Assembly (NCBI GenBank): GCA_951406725.2
Contig: OX597819.1
Coordinates: forward strand, 130,200,001-130,264,000
Source of the DNA: Octopus vulgaris
Taxonomy: Eukaryota
DNA: 64,000 nt
Direction of reading: 5' to 3'
Shown piece after piece: positions 28,996-42,256 of the stretch. The number at the start of each line of letters is the position of its first letter. Within the stretch, counting starts at the first letter, position 1. Below the pieces are notes generated by a model. It saw only the letters and a program-made list of their open reading frames with translations. It was not told the DNA's origin and did no database searches. Both the position numbers and the translations under genes were made by a program.

Positions 28996-29224
28996 AAATG
29001 CTTACAGGTTGAGTTCTGTTTCAGCTTAGACGAAATGTTTCCAAACGTAGAAATGATATCCAAGAAATATCTTTTAATAAGGAAGAGTGTAGCGAAGGGC
29101 GAGATGGAAATAAGGGAATAGGTAGATTTTCGCAAAGGTCAGCGCATCAATAGGTGAATGGAAAAGGTTGCAAGCAGCTTTGGGAGACTAGAGAATGTAA
29201 AATAAAATATATGTTTATGAAGGG

Positions 29225-29960
29225 GTGGACTGTATGCTAAGAAATCTGCGTTCCAGCCAAGTGGCTTCGGGTTCATTTCTTCTCCGTGAAAACTTTGGCG
29301 AGTGTCTTCTACTAAAGCCACTGAGCGACCATTACTCCGTGAGTGGATTTGGTAGCAGAAGTCCGCTACATACATACATACGCACATGCATACACATGCA
29401 CATGCATACATACATACATACATACATACATACATACATACATACATACATACATACATACATACATACATACATACATACGCACATGCATGCATACATA
29501 CATATATACATACATACATACATGCATACATACATACATGCATACATACATACATACATAGATGCATACATACGCACATGCATGCATACATATGCACATA
29601 CATACATACATACATGTATACATACATGTATACATACATACATACATACATACATACATACATACATACATACATACATACATACATACGCACATGCATA
29701 CATACATATATAGACATATATACACATGTATGCGTGTGTATGCGTTTGTCTTTTGGTTTGGTCCCCACCATAACTTGACAACCGGTGTTATTTTGCTTAT
29801 GTCCCAATAACTTAGCGGTTCGACAAACGAAACAAACGAAATGAGCACCAAACTTTAAAACATAAATATCAATCAATGTCAATTCATTCGGCTAAAACGC
29901 TTCAAGTCGGTGCGGTGCCCCAGCATGGCCGCTGTCCGATAAACGAAACAAATAACAAAT
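29225..29960 (+). mobile_element. Diverged SINE family B with a ~380-bp internal (CATA)n expansion
   Basis: Head/core at 29225-29365 (gtgagtggatttggtag) and tail at 29760-29960 (ttgacaaccggtgt...gccccagcatggccgc). Confidence 0.75.
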
Positions 29961-30562
29961 AAAATATAAACAATTCTTGGAAGGACGAGTTTAAAAGAAA
30001 AAAAAAAGCAGCATAAATCGTCACCACCGTCAGATGCTACAGAGAAATCCGATGAGTGATTCGAAGAGATAATTAATAAATGAGTGACGTAATTGCTTTA
30101 AGAGTTATGATTTAGCTGATGAGATGAAAGCAGATAAACGCCGGCAAAGTAAGTTGTGAAATTTGAGACTAAAATATGGTGGCTTAAAATTTCAAGTTAT
30201 TTATACAGGTGCAGCGAAGCGCTTTCGGAAGAATCCACGCGGCATAATTTCATTGGAAGTTATATTTTTAAAAGTGTTATCTATATAATCTGGTAGACGG
30301 GTAGTTGTTTCATCGATCTGTGTTTAGCATACAGCTAAATTACATGATATAAAGAAACGCAAGATTAGCATCCGTTTTAAGCAGTGTTGACTAGGATCTC
30401 TTACAGAGACTGGTACTTATATACTCTCTCTCCCTCTCACACACGCATATACGTAAATACATACGTACACACATACATACATACATACATACATACATAC
30501 ATACGTATACACTCATACACACACATATATATATACTTATATATATATACATATGTATACAC

Positions 30563-30640
<78 letters not shown>

Positions 30641-30881
30641 TTAGAGACAAAACCACTATTTTGCAAAACAAACAAGGAAAGACTTAATCAATACATAAGA
30701 TTTTAATAAAAAGTCAAAAAAACCGCCACTACAATATTTTACTATAAAATTGGATTCAATCCTAAATCTGATTTTTTTCCCTGTAAATTTGGATTTATTC
30801 CCTAATATTTATTATTATATATATATATATACATATATGCATATATATATATGTATAAACATATACATGTATATATATATA

Positions 30882-31238
30882 CTCTTTTACTTGTTTCAGT
30901 CATTTGACTGCGGCCATGCTGGAGCACCGCCTTTAATCGAGCAACTCGACCCCGGGACTTATTCTTTTGTAAGCCCAGTACTTATTCAATCGGTCTCTTT
31001 TGCCGAACCGCTAAGTAACGGGGACGTAAACACACCAGCATATGGGGACAAAAACAGACACACAAACACACACATATACATATATATACATATATACGAC
31101 AGTTTCCGTCTACCAAATCCACTCACAGGGCTTTGGTCGGCCCGAGGCTATAGTAGAAGACACTTGCCCAAGATGCCACGCAGTGGGACTGAACCCGGAA
31201 CCATGTGACTAGTAAACAAGCTACTTACCACACAGCCA
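30882..31238 (-). mobile_element. SINE family B
   Basis: Colinear with other family B copies, with small deletions. Confidence 0.9.
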
Positions 31239-31244
31239 CATATG

Positions 31245-31278
<34 letters not shown>

Positions 31279-31292
31279 CACCATATATATAC

Positions 31293-31344
<52 letters not shown>

Positions 31345-31485
31345 GGGGAAGTGAAAGAGTGAGAAAAATAACGAATTTCCGCATTGTGTCCGCCCACAAT
31401 ATTCTACGCACAAAACATGAGCATGCGCGTATATATGTGCATACATATATACATACATATACATACGTGCATACATATACATACA

Positions 31486-31519
<34 letters not shown>

Positions 31520-32731
31520 CATACATACATATATACATGCATACATACATACATACATACACACACATACATATATACATACATACATACATACATGCAT
31601 ACATACATGCATGTATACATGCATGCATACGCCGGTGGTCTCTGAAACGCCTCCAGAAAGCTATTCTTGTTGATCAAGCACTTTAGAGGGCTGGTGACAC
31701 ACACCGGATTGGGGCGGAAAGACATCTGGGGACAAGTTAGTTTTTTTCCTTCTGTGACAGCTGTATGAACTGATGGAGGAAAACAAAAAAAAATGGAAAA
31801 AAGCGCGTTGGAACATATGACCCCGGGGCAAGACAAGGCAGCCTGTTAAAATGTTTTGTGGGAATTCCATCTCACGCATAATTACACACAATGACAAAAT
31901 GACACATACATAGTTGACTGTATGTATGTGTACGTACACGTGTGTGTGATTGTGCGCGTGTGTGTGTGTGTGTGTGTGTGTGTATTTTCTTAGGCATATA
32001 TCATATCTCATTATACAGACGCATTGGCTGCCATATTTTTCATATATATATGCATAAATATGCATGTGTGTGTAGGTGTCCGTGTGCGTGAATGTATGTC
32101 TGTATGTGTGTATATATATATATATATATACACCATATATACATGTATATAAATATATACATATGTATGTATATAGAAGTATATATAAATATATATACAC
32201 TCAAACACTCACACACACATACACACATACACCACACACACACACACATGCTTATATATATATATATTTAGGTATATTTGTATGCATGAGTGTATACTTA
32301 CGTACGTGTATGTGTGATGTATGTGTGCAGATATAAAGGACTACAACATTTTATAGAGGAATTGCATCTTTTAGAAACCAGACATATTTCGAAAGAGGTG
32401 GAATATCAGACTATTTCTGCATTTCAACGAAAGCACATTCCTCCGTTGGGGCTAGAGGATGAAACGCAGAATCGCCGCAGTCGATTTTGATCGTTTATCG
32501 ATTTGTTGACTTCCGCATTTTCTTATTTAAAGGATGCTGCATTGCAGACTTCCGGTTTTCAAGTGTTTACACGCACTCACTCACACCCACGCACTCACTC
32601 ACACGCACGCACTCACTCACACGCACTCTCTCTCTCACACACACACACGCGCACAGTCCTTTACAAACACGTGCAGACATTCTGATACAGACAGTCACAT
32701 CGCATGCATATTAGAAATATGATGTGAAATG

Positions 32732-32784
<53 letters not shown>

Positions 32785-33377
32785 GCATTCAAGCATACAC
32801 ACATACATACATACATACATACATACATACATACATGCATACATACATTATATATATATACGCACTCATACACACACATTTTTTATCAAAGTATATGAGT
32901 GCATCATTATCGGAAGTTTAGATATGAATATGATACATAGATACATATTTTTAACAATATACAACGCGTGTGTCATAGAATACTCGTTTTTGAAACTCAT
33001 TTACGCCACTTCTCTCTACAACCTTCAAGTCACTCAACCACTCTGAGTAATTTCCCGTCGCTCATTTGTATCCAAATAGCCATAATTACCTCAGAAGTCA
33101 AAGTCTCTTGGTTCGTAGACAATTTCAATGATGAGGACACATACTAAGCTAGAAATTCCTGAACACAACGGTCCTGTTATCTCCAGATGCTAAGTTTATC
33201 CTTTTCCTTAATAACAGGACATCTTTGGAGAATTCTTGGTTCTGGAAATTATTTCACCTTTGGTAATTGGCTATCTCATCAAATGGTGGAGAAAATTTTA
33301 ATAAACCAAGAATTCATATTACATTGTTTTTGATGTACTTGTACTTGTCGATGTTGTATACATATATGTATGTATAT

Positions 33378-33466
<89 letters not shown>

Positions 33467-33479
33467 AGGAAGGTGGGTG

Positions 33480-33675
33480 TCTTTGTCCCTCACTACCTTT
33501 TGACAACCGGTGTTGGTTTGTTCACGCCTCCGAATCTTTGCGGTTCGGCAAAAAATGCTGATAAAATAAAGTACCAGATTAAAAAAAAAGTATTGGGTTT
33601 GATTCATACGACTAAATTTTTTTTAAGACGATGCTTTAGCATGGTCGTAGTCTAATGACGGAAAAAAGTAAAAGA
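33480..33675 (+). mobile_element. SINE family B 3' portion
   Basis: ttgacaaccggtgttggt...gcggttcggcaaaa...agcatggtcgtagtctaatgac. Confidence 0.65.
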
Positions 33676-33907
33676 TACATATATATATATTTGTGGTTAT
33701 GAGAGGTAATGGTGTCAAGAAGACCCAAAGGTGTCAGGTAATACTGAGTAAGTGCTATGGATAGACTATAATTAAGCTTCAGGTTCCGTTATTATGCGAA
33801 TGAGGAGTCCAATGTAGGTTATATATCAGCATGTGTATATATAAAATAATTAACAGAATGAGATAAAAATCCAAGGCTGTGATAGATTTCAGATCATTTG
33901 TAAATAG

Positions 33908-33954
33908 GTCTTACAGCTGTTTCGGGATATTTTATTTATCCCTTCATCAGAGAC
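33908..33954 (-). ncRNA. Minimal type I hammerhead ribozyme motif with intact core
   Basis: Minus strand reads GTCT-CTGATGA-A-GGGATA(AATAAAA)TATCCC-GAAA-CAGCTG-TA-AGAC; stems I and II pair, stem III is palindromic, GUA cleavage triplet. Confidence 0.85.
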
Positions 33955-34173
33955 GGTGTGAGAAAATGGTTAAGCAATAGTTATTCTAGAGAAGATATGA
34001 AATAGAGCGTGAAGTGGAGGAATGAAAATAGACGTGAGATATGCAGGGATATCGTATCTAACGTAGGTCATATATTAGCATGTGTGTATCTGTAGTCCAT
34101 TTCCATTCCTCCACTTCATTCTCAATTTCATATCTTATCTAGAGTAACTATTGCTTAACCATTTTCTCGCACC

Positions 34174-34221
34174 GTCTCCAATGAAGAGATATATAAAATA
34201 TCTCAGAAACAGCTGTAAGAC
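34174..34221 (+). ncRNA. Hammerhead motif with mutated core (CCAATGA), right-arm copy
   Basis: GTCT-CCAATGA-A-GAGATA(TATAAAA)TATCTC-A-GAAA-CAGCTG-TA-AGAC. Confidence 0.7.
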
Positions 34222-34283
34222 CTATTTATAAATGTTCTGAAATCTTTCACAGCTTTGGACTTTTATCTCATTCTGTTAAATTT

Positions 34284-34347
<64 letters not shown>

Positions 34348-34370
34348 CTATATATATATATATATATATA

Positions 34371-34582
34371 CTCTTTTACTCTTTTACTTGTTTCAGTCAT
34401 TTGACTGCGGCCATGCTGGGGCACCGCCTTTAATCGAGCAACTCGACCCCGGGACTTATTTTTTTGTAAGCCCAGTACTTATTCTATCGGTCTGTTTTGC
34501 CGAACCGCTAAGTAACGGGGACATAAACACACCAGCATCGGTTGTCAAGCAATGCTAGGGGGACAAACACAGACACACATAA

Positions 34583-34619
<37 letters not shown>

Positions 34620-34790
34620 CATAAATACGACGGGCTTCTTTCAGTTTCCGTCTACCAAATCCACTCACAAGGCTTTGGTCGGTCCGATGCTATAGTAGAA
34701 GACACTTGCCTAAGGTCCCACGCAGTGGGACTGAACCCGGAACCATGTGGTTGGTAAACAAGCTACTTACCACCCAGCCACTCCTGCGCC
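34371..34790 (-). mobile_element. Full-length SINE family B
   Basis: Colinear with 19778-20149; CTCTTTTA tail repeats. Confidence 0.92.
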
Positions 34791-36309
34791 TATATATATA
34801 CAGAGAGACAGACAGACAGAGATAGAGATAGAGAGATAGATAGATAAATAAGCATATATGTGTGTGTATGCCTGTGTGTGTGTATATAATCTGTATTCAG
34901 TTGATAGATGGATATATCATCGTTATCTTTTAATTACGACCAGACTTCAAATTCACTTGTTAAATTTGTCGCTGTAGAAAGGCAACTTGCATATACTTTA
35001 TGTGTACTTGAGAAGTGAATATTGATAACCTGGCTGCTTATCGTGAATACTTCACAGTTGCGTTGTGCTGTGTGTTGGTATATGGGAAGTGAAAGGGAGG
35101 GAGGAGAGAGAGAGAGAGAGAGAGAGAGAGGAAGAGAATAAGAGGGAAGAAAGTGAAAAGATACAGAGAAACAAGGAGAGAAAAAGTGTGAGAAAAAGAG
35201 AGAGGGAGAGTAGGAGATGATGATGATGATGGGTGCTGAATCGGTATGTGCAGCAAATTTTTACATCAAACAAGAATAATTACTTTTTACTTAAGTATGT
35301 TCTTGCGTAGCAAACGTTAGCTTTTCACGAAATTTTCTACGGAAAATTTTTGTCATGTACAATTACAATCACTAATTGATACAATCTTATTTTCTTCACC
35401 TTTAATACATCTATACTGTTGATACATAGTCATCTGCGTGTATGTTGTTATTGAATTCTGACCTAATTTTGCAAAAAAAAAAAAAAAAAACCACATCATG
35501 CATAAAACAAAACAAAAACAAAAACAAAACGAAACGAAACAATGAATACTTTTGTTTGATGGTGGGTTGCTTATAAAAGATTCAATAAAGTGCTAATAGT
35601 ATTGAAAAAATACAGGTAATTTTATATTAACGAGCCCTGCTGTTGTTTTATCATTTAATATGGTTTTGCTGTTGTTGTATCTTGCTTAAAACATATTTTT
35701 TATGCTTTTAAGTAATTATAAGTTATTACTCTAAATCTTCATTTACGATTGCGCACTCCGTATTTGAATTCCGTTGATTATACCTTATACATTCTATCAA
35801 TTTATCAGTCATATATTGATGCTGCTAATGTTGTTTAACTCTGGGCCATCCATATGATAAAAAAAAAATCCGATCGAGATAATCTTGTCTTTTAAGGTTA
35901 AGAAGCACTGCATTATCTAAAGTGTCATTTTTTTTTCTATTTATTGAAGCCACTAATATGTGATTTCAGCTATATATTTCTGGTACCGGTAATAGATACA
36001 GTGGCACATTTAGTTTTCTTAATTACGGGTAGTAATTAGTAAATGGATGATTGGCCTCTCATGATTCCGAATCAGAAATAAAGATCTAAGGATGATGGAT
36101 CTTTCTTCACTTCCTTCTAAAATTAATATAGACTTTGGAGAAGGGAGATAATCACTGTCGAGTCGATTATTTGTCTTATATCACATGCCCCATGCTTCAG
36201 TAATATAGAATACTTATATAGCATCAAAGCTACAGATTTATATAAGGCCGGAAATGATATAACTTTCATAAAGTTATATGACTTTCATGTGTTTCTGAAA
36301 TCAAAAATA

Positions 36310-36516
36310 CTGGTTTTAAATTTCGGCTCAAGGCCAGCAATTTCGGGGCAGGGGAAACTTGATTACATCGACCCCCAATACTCAACTGGTTCTTATTTCA
36401 TCGACCTCGAAAGGAGGAAAGGTCTTGGCGGAATTTCATCACAGAACGGGAAGACGGACGAAATGCCGCTAAGCATTTTGCCCAGCCTGCTAACGATTCT
36501 GCCAGCTCGCCGCCTT
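36310..36516 (-). mobile_element. SINE family A
   Basis: Ends gattctgccagctcgccgcctt (reverse complement of the head). Confidence 0.85.
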
Positions 36517-37045
36517 TGAAATAAAGACCGAAGGTTGATGGATCTTTCTTGATTTCCTTCTAAAATTAATAGAGATTTTGGAGAAGAGAGATAACTACTG
36601 TCGACTGATCTCATAATTCACATTATGGGGATCTGAAGGACCGCTGCAATAATCTGAAAAGGGCATCTGTTGAATAAAACCATAATTAACTGGTCCTTCT
36701 TTATTTTCTTTTAACCAAAGCCAGGAGCTTATCAGCACCGCTCGTATATACCTTAAACAATCAACAAAAGAATGCGCGTGTTGTCAGACCAAACTCGCTA
36801 GCGAGTTATGACTGGCAATACTTTACTAGCCCCCTAGAGTTCCTTTTCTTTGATTTTCGGTCTAGTGAAGAGGATTGACAAAACCAAACATTCCTTAATT
36901 CTTGATTTGTGTATCAGAATGTTGTGACATGAAGTCTTGATATTGTAAATTATGGAGTTTCGATGTGTATCGTTGCTCTACAATTCACCATCACAATTAA
37001 CTACTTCTACCAACGACAGAACGAACATTAGCAGCAGAAACACCA

Positions 37046-37440
37046 GGAGGCGCAATGGCCCAGTGGTTAGGGCAGCGGACTCGCGGTCGGAGGATCACGG
37101 TTTCGATTCCCAGACCGGGCGTTGTATGTGTTTATTGAGCGAAAACACCTAAAGCTCCACGAGGCTCCGGCAGGAAGTGGTGGCGACCCTTGTTGTACAC
37201 TTTCGCTCCAACTTTCTCTCGCTCTTTCTTCCTGTTTCTTGTCCCCGACTTCCTACGCAACCGCTGAGCCTGGATGCGCATTCATCCATCCATCGATGGT
37301 CTCGGTGTCGGAGGTTGACCTGCTTTCTCTTCTGCGGATCTTACGAATAGCAAAGGACCACGTTTCGGACTTCTCCCACTACAGAGGCGCGATCTTGCGA
37401 GCTCTGGGACGAAGACCGCTTCGCTCAACAAACAAACAAA
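37046..37440 (+). mobile_element. SINE family C (tRNA-like head) with (ACAA)n tail
   Basis: GGAGGCGCAATGGCCCAGTGG (A box), GGTTTCGATTCC (B box), (ACAA)n tail, imperfect TSD gcag(a/c)aacacca. Confidence 0.8.
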
Positions 37441-37530
37441 GCAGCAACACCACCGTCATTACCGCAGCCCCTAACATCACGATAACCAGCACGTTAACGC
37501 CATAATTACCAGTGTCACCACTACCACCGT

Positions 37531-37825
37531 GGAGGCACATGGCCTAGTGTTTAGAGCAGCGGACTCGCAGTCGAGGGATCGCGGGCTCGGATCTCAGACC
37601 GGGCGAAGTGTGTGTTTATGAGCGAAATACCTAAGCCCCACGTGGCTCCGGCAGAAAGTAATGGCGAACGTCTGCTGACTCTTTCGCCACAACTTTCTTC
37701 CTGCATCTTGCAGCTCACCTGCGACAGACCGGCATCCCGTCCAGGTTGGGAACCTATACGCCAAGGAAACCGGGAAACCGGCCCTATGAACCAGGTGTGG
37801 CTCTAGAAGGAACAAACAACAACAA
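37531..37825 (+). mobile_element. SINE family C variant with the same head but a different 3' tail
   Basis: Head and body align with the 37046 copy up to ctttcg..caacttt; the tail ccaaggaaaccgggaaaccggccctatga differs; (ACA)n end. Confidence 0.8.
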
Positions 37826-37884
37826 CCACTATCATCACCACCACCAATACTATTACCGACACCACAATCAATATTACCATCACC

Positions 37885-38695
37885 AAGGTCGACTTTGCCT
37901 TTCATCCTTTCGAGGTCGATAAATTAAGTACCAGTTGCGTACTGGGGTCGATCTAATCGACTGTTCCCCCTCCCCCCAAATTTCAGCTCTTGTGCCTAGA
38001 GTAGAAAAGAATATTATCATCCCCAACATTAAGGCAGCGAGGAGAAATAATCATTAGCGCGCCGGGCAAAATGCTTAGCGGCATTTCGTCCGTCTTAAGA
38101 TAGAGTTCAAACTCCGCTGAAGTCGACTTCGCCTTTCATCCATTCAGAGCCGAAAAAAGAAAAATATTAGTGGAACATTTGCATCGATGCAATCGATTTA
38201 ACCCCACCCCTGATATTGCTGACCTGGTGCCAAAATTTGAAATCAATATTATCATCACCAACATTAAGGCGGCGAGCTGGCAGAATCATTAGCACGATGG
38301 TCGAAATGCTCAGCGGTATTTGGTCTGCCGCTATGTTCTGAGTTCAAATTCCGCCGAGGTCGACTTTGCCTTTCACCCTTTCGGGGTCGATAACTTAAGT
38401 ACTAATTGCATAGTGGGTTCGATCTAAATCGACTGGCCCCTGCCCCAAAATATCGGGCCTTGTGCTTAGAGTAGAAAAGATTAAAGTAGCGAGCAAATAG
38501 AAGCATTAGCTCGTCGGGTAAAATACCCAGCGGCATTTCGACCGCCTGACAGACGGAGCTGAAGCTTCACCGAGGTTGACTTTGCCTTTCATCCTTTGGG
38601 GTTCGATAAAGATAAGTCCCAGTTGAGCCCTGGGGTCGATGTAATCGACTTAGATCTCTCCACCGAAATTGCTGGCCTTGTGCCAAACTTTGCAA
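37885..38695 (+). mobile_element. Head-to-tail array of four SINE family A units
   Basis: Family A core recurs near 37890, 38125, 38360 and 38580. Confidence 0.88.
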
Positions 38696-38699
38696 CTAT

Positions 38700-39325
38700 C
38701 ACCATCAACACCACCACTGCCGTCATTAGTACCACTATCACCACCACAAGTGCAACAATCCTGTCAACACCACCACCACCACCACCACCACCACCATCAC
38801 CACCATCACCACCACCACCGCTGCCGCCGCTGATGCCGTTGCAGCTACCGATTCCACCATCACAACTATCACCATCACCACGATGATCGTCGCTAACATC
38901 ACTATTGCCATCATCACCGTCACAACCAACACTATCACCACAACCACTGCAACCGCCGCCGTCACCCCCACCACCACCACCGTCGCCGCCGCCGCCGCCA
39001 GTACCACGTTCGCTGCAATTACATCCATTATCACCGCAACCACCTCCACAACCGCCAAGGCAATAACCGCCATAACCACCACAACTTTAGCAACACACAA
39101 CACCAATACCAGCAACAACACCATCACAACCACCACCACCACCACAACCATCACCACAACAACAATAACAACAACAATGACCACCATAACTTCCACGACG
39201 ACTACCACAATCCCTACAACAATAATAGCCGCCGCAACTACCATAACAAACCAACACCACCACCACCGTCACCACCGTTACAACAACAACAACGACAACA
39301 AAAACACCCACCCCCGTACCATCAC
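38700..39325. repeat. Degenerate (ACC)n cryptic repeat
   Basis: Directly visible; source of the Thr/Val-rich ORFs. Confidence 0.85.
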
Positions 39326-40263
39326 ATCCTATTAACGTAAGTGGTATGCTGTAATTAGGATCAGAGTCAATATCATAATTAGGAAAACTTATTGATTAGT
39401 TTCTCAGCCGATAATTGATAATTGTGATAATGTTGTTGTTGTTGACATAGTTAGTAGTTGTTGTTGTTGTCGTTTAGTTCTAGGTGAGCCCTGAATGAAA
39501 GTTCTATGATCAAAATCAAACCAGCCATCACGTCCTTTTATCTCGGGTTCTATTATATAGAGGTCATGGATAGACTGCGACCCCGTGGGATTTTCTGATT
39601 GGTACGCCGAATATAAAATTACCTTGAAATTGCTTTAGTAATGCGGTCCGCTTGATGATGTGTCACGCCGCCTGTTTCTCGAAGAAGGCTGCCCATGGCT
39701 GACATAGAACTAACCATATCCCTCATTTCTTGAAACACTAGCGTGCATTTTTGAGGGGGTTTTAGATGGTGTTTCTAGTGTGTCAAGCAACCACGCAGCG
39801 GACTCTATTGTTGGATCAACAGTTGTTTTGTTTTTGTTGTTGTTGTTGAAGTTGTATTAGTTGTCATGGTGATAGTGATAATGGTGGCGGAGATAGTGGT
39901 GTTGGTCGGGGTTTCTAATGATTGTAGTGATAGTGGAGTTGTGATGTAGGAGTAGAAGTGGTGTTGGTAGTTGTGGATGTGGTTGTAGTGGTGTTGGAAG
40001 TTGCGGTGGTAATTGTGACAGTAGTATCATGATGTAGCGATTGTAGTAGCGGAAGTAGTGTTAGTGGTTGTGGCGTTGATGGCAGTGGTCGTATTGGTAG
40101 CGGCTATAATGGTGGTATTAGTATTGAAAGGCGGCGAGCTGACAGAAACGTTAAATTCCGCCGAGGTCGACTTTGGAAAGCACTCTAACCCTGACCACCC
40201 CAATGATGATGATGACGAGGATGACGATGAGGATGAGAATGAACGATCATGATGAAAAATACA

Positions 40264-40497
40264 TATTTCTTTACTACTCACAAGGAGCTAAACACAGAGG
40301 GGACAAACAAGGACAGACAAACGGATTAAGTCGATTATATCGACCCCAGAGCGTAACTGGTACTTAATTTATCGACCCCGAAAGGATGAAAGGCAAAGTC
40401 GACCTCGACGGAATTTGAACTCAGAACGCAGCGGCGGACGAAATATCACAAAGCTTTTCTCCCGGCGTGCTGACGTTTCTGCCAGCTCGCCGCCTTA
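40264..40497 (-). mobile_element. Full-length SINE family A with 14-bp TSD
   Basis: TSD tgatgaaaaataca at 40250-40263 and 40500-40513. Confidence 0.93.
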
Positions 40498-40963
40498 ATT
40501 GATGAAAAATACAGTAATAATATTACCACTGCTGATTATGATAATGTTGATGGCGACGACGACGATAATAATGATGATCATGAGAAGAAGGAAGAGGAGA
40601 AGAAGGAGAAGGGGAGGAGGAGGAGGAGGAGGAAGACAGTGCAAGAAAAAGAAAATATGTGGTAGGAGAAGAAGAAGAAGACTAGAAGATGGAGGAGGAA
40701 ATAGAGGGAGGACGATGTGGAAGAAAGAGAATGATGTGAAAGAATAAGGCTAGAAGATATTACAAAATTAAACAAAAAAAAAGGGTAAGGCAACATAAAA
40801 AGGTCAATGGCAACACAATGACAGCAACATTAGCGCCCTTTTTTAATATCATCAGCATTGTCTGCATCCTGTAAAAAAAAACTGGGGTTAGAGAACTGAT
40901 TGGGAAGAAATGGGATGAGGGAGTCTTTTAGAAACATTTGTCTTATGAGAGAATGATATAAAG

Positions 40964-40980
40964 TGCCGCCAGAGGGCGTA
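40964..40980 (+). promoter_or_regulatory. CTCF-like binding motif
   Basis: TGCCGCCAGAGGGCGTA fits the CCNCNAGRKGGCR consensus in unique sequence; motif only. Confidence 0.4.
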
Positions 40981-42256
40981 CTGGTTAGCTGTGATTCAAA
41001 AAACAATATCATTGCAGTTTATTTAAGCAGGCGTTGAAGGAAATTTGGGATTTCCTGTAAAAGTTACGATTTAAATAGAATATTTTCCAGGAAGAATTAA
41101 TGGAGCCTTCCCACCCCAAACCTGCAAATGGTTTCTTTCTTTCCCTTTTCTTTGAAGCTAACACATATACACAAGTTTGAAAAAAAATATGCGCTGCTGT
41201 GGCATATATTTGAAATCCCGTACATTGTTCATTTTACATGTGCTATTTTGAAAGAGACATGGCTTATACGTACACATATTAAACAAACACAAAACTTACA
41301 TATACATACACACACATGATTCTACTTTTCAATAATACATCGATATGTTTCGCATTAGATCTAGCAATTTATCATCGTTATATACCTCATCCTCCGCTTC
41401 AACTACAACTTCCAGAAACTATTTCGTCTCATAATTTGCTTCCGTTATCGTATCTTCTTAATATATTTATTGTGAGGGTGGTAGAGTTGAAGAAATGGTA
41501 GAATTTAGAACAAAATCCTTGTGTTAATTAGTTTAGGCCGTTTGCATACCATCATATATGTATTTGTTTGTATATATGTGTGTGCGTGTGTGTATGCATG
41601 CATGTATGTATGTGTGTATATATGTATGTACATATATATATGTATATATATATATATATGAATTTATATTATATACATATTTCATATATATGAATATATG
41701 TATATGTATGTATGCATGTACACTTACAGATATATATAAAGTATCGATTCCAGGTGAGAATGCAAACGATAAAGCTGTGGGAACGTGCATTTGTACGCGC
41801 AAGTACATCAGCTGTTGCGATCGATAATACGCGTACGCGAGAAAAATGCACGTGCAGTTTGCGCAAAAAAAGCCGACTGGCTTGAAATAATGCCACAAAA
41901 TGCAGTATATTTAAGAGACCAAAAAAGTAAGATGCAAAAGAGATATTTTCTTCAAACTTGGCATGAAGGAAGGAAAGACTTTTTTTTTGCCTTAACGTCG
42001 CTTAACAAAACCAAAAATTTTATTGAAATAAAGACATGCTTAATTATTTTATAATGAAAAGAAAACACTGATTCGTTTTTATTCAGCAGATATGATTCAG
42101 CACCGTCCACAGGACGGAGGTGGGGAGTTTTGCTCATATATATATATATATATATATATGACAAATAAAATATTGCAATACAAATGTATTCCTTTTCAGT
42201 AAAATAAAGCACCGTAACGGTAGAAGTAGAAGTATAAATATATGTTAGTGGTACAA

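Larger units (their letters stand above)
33813..34279. mobile_element. Non-coding inverted-repeat element (two ~185-bp arms), PLE pseudo-LTR-like
   Basis: 33850-34033 is the reverse complement of 34095-34279. A ~28-bp direct repeat occurs at 33813-33840 and 34062-34089. Right end abuts (TA)n. Confidence 0.85.
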
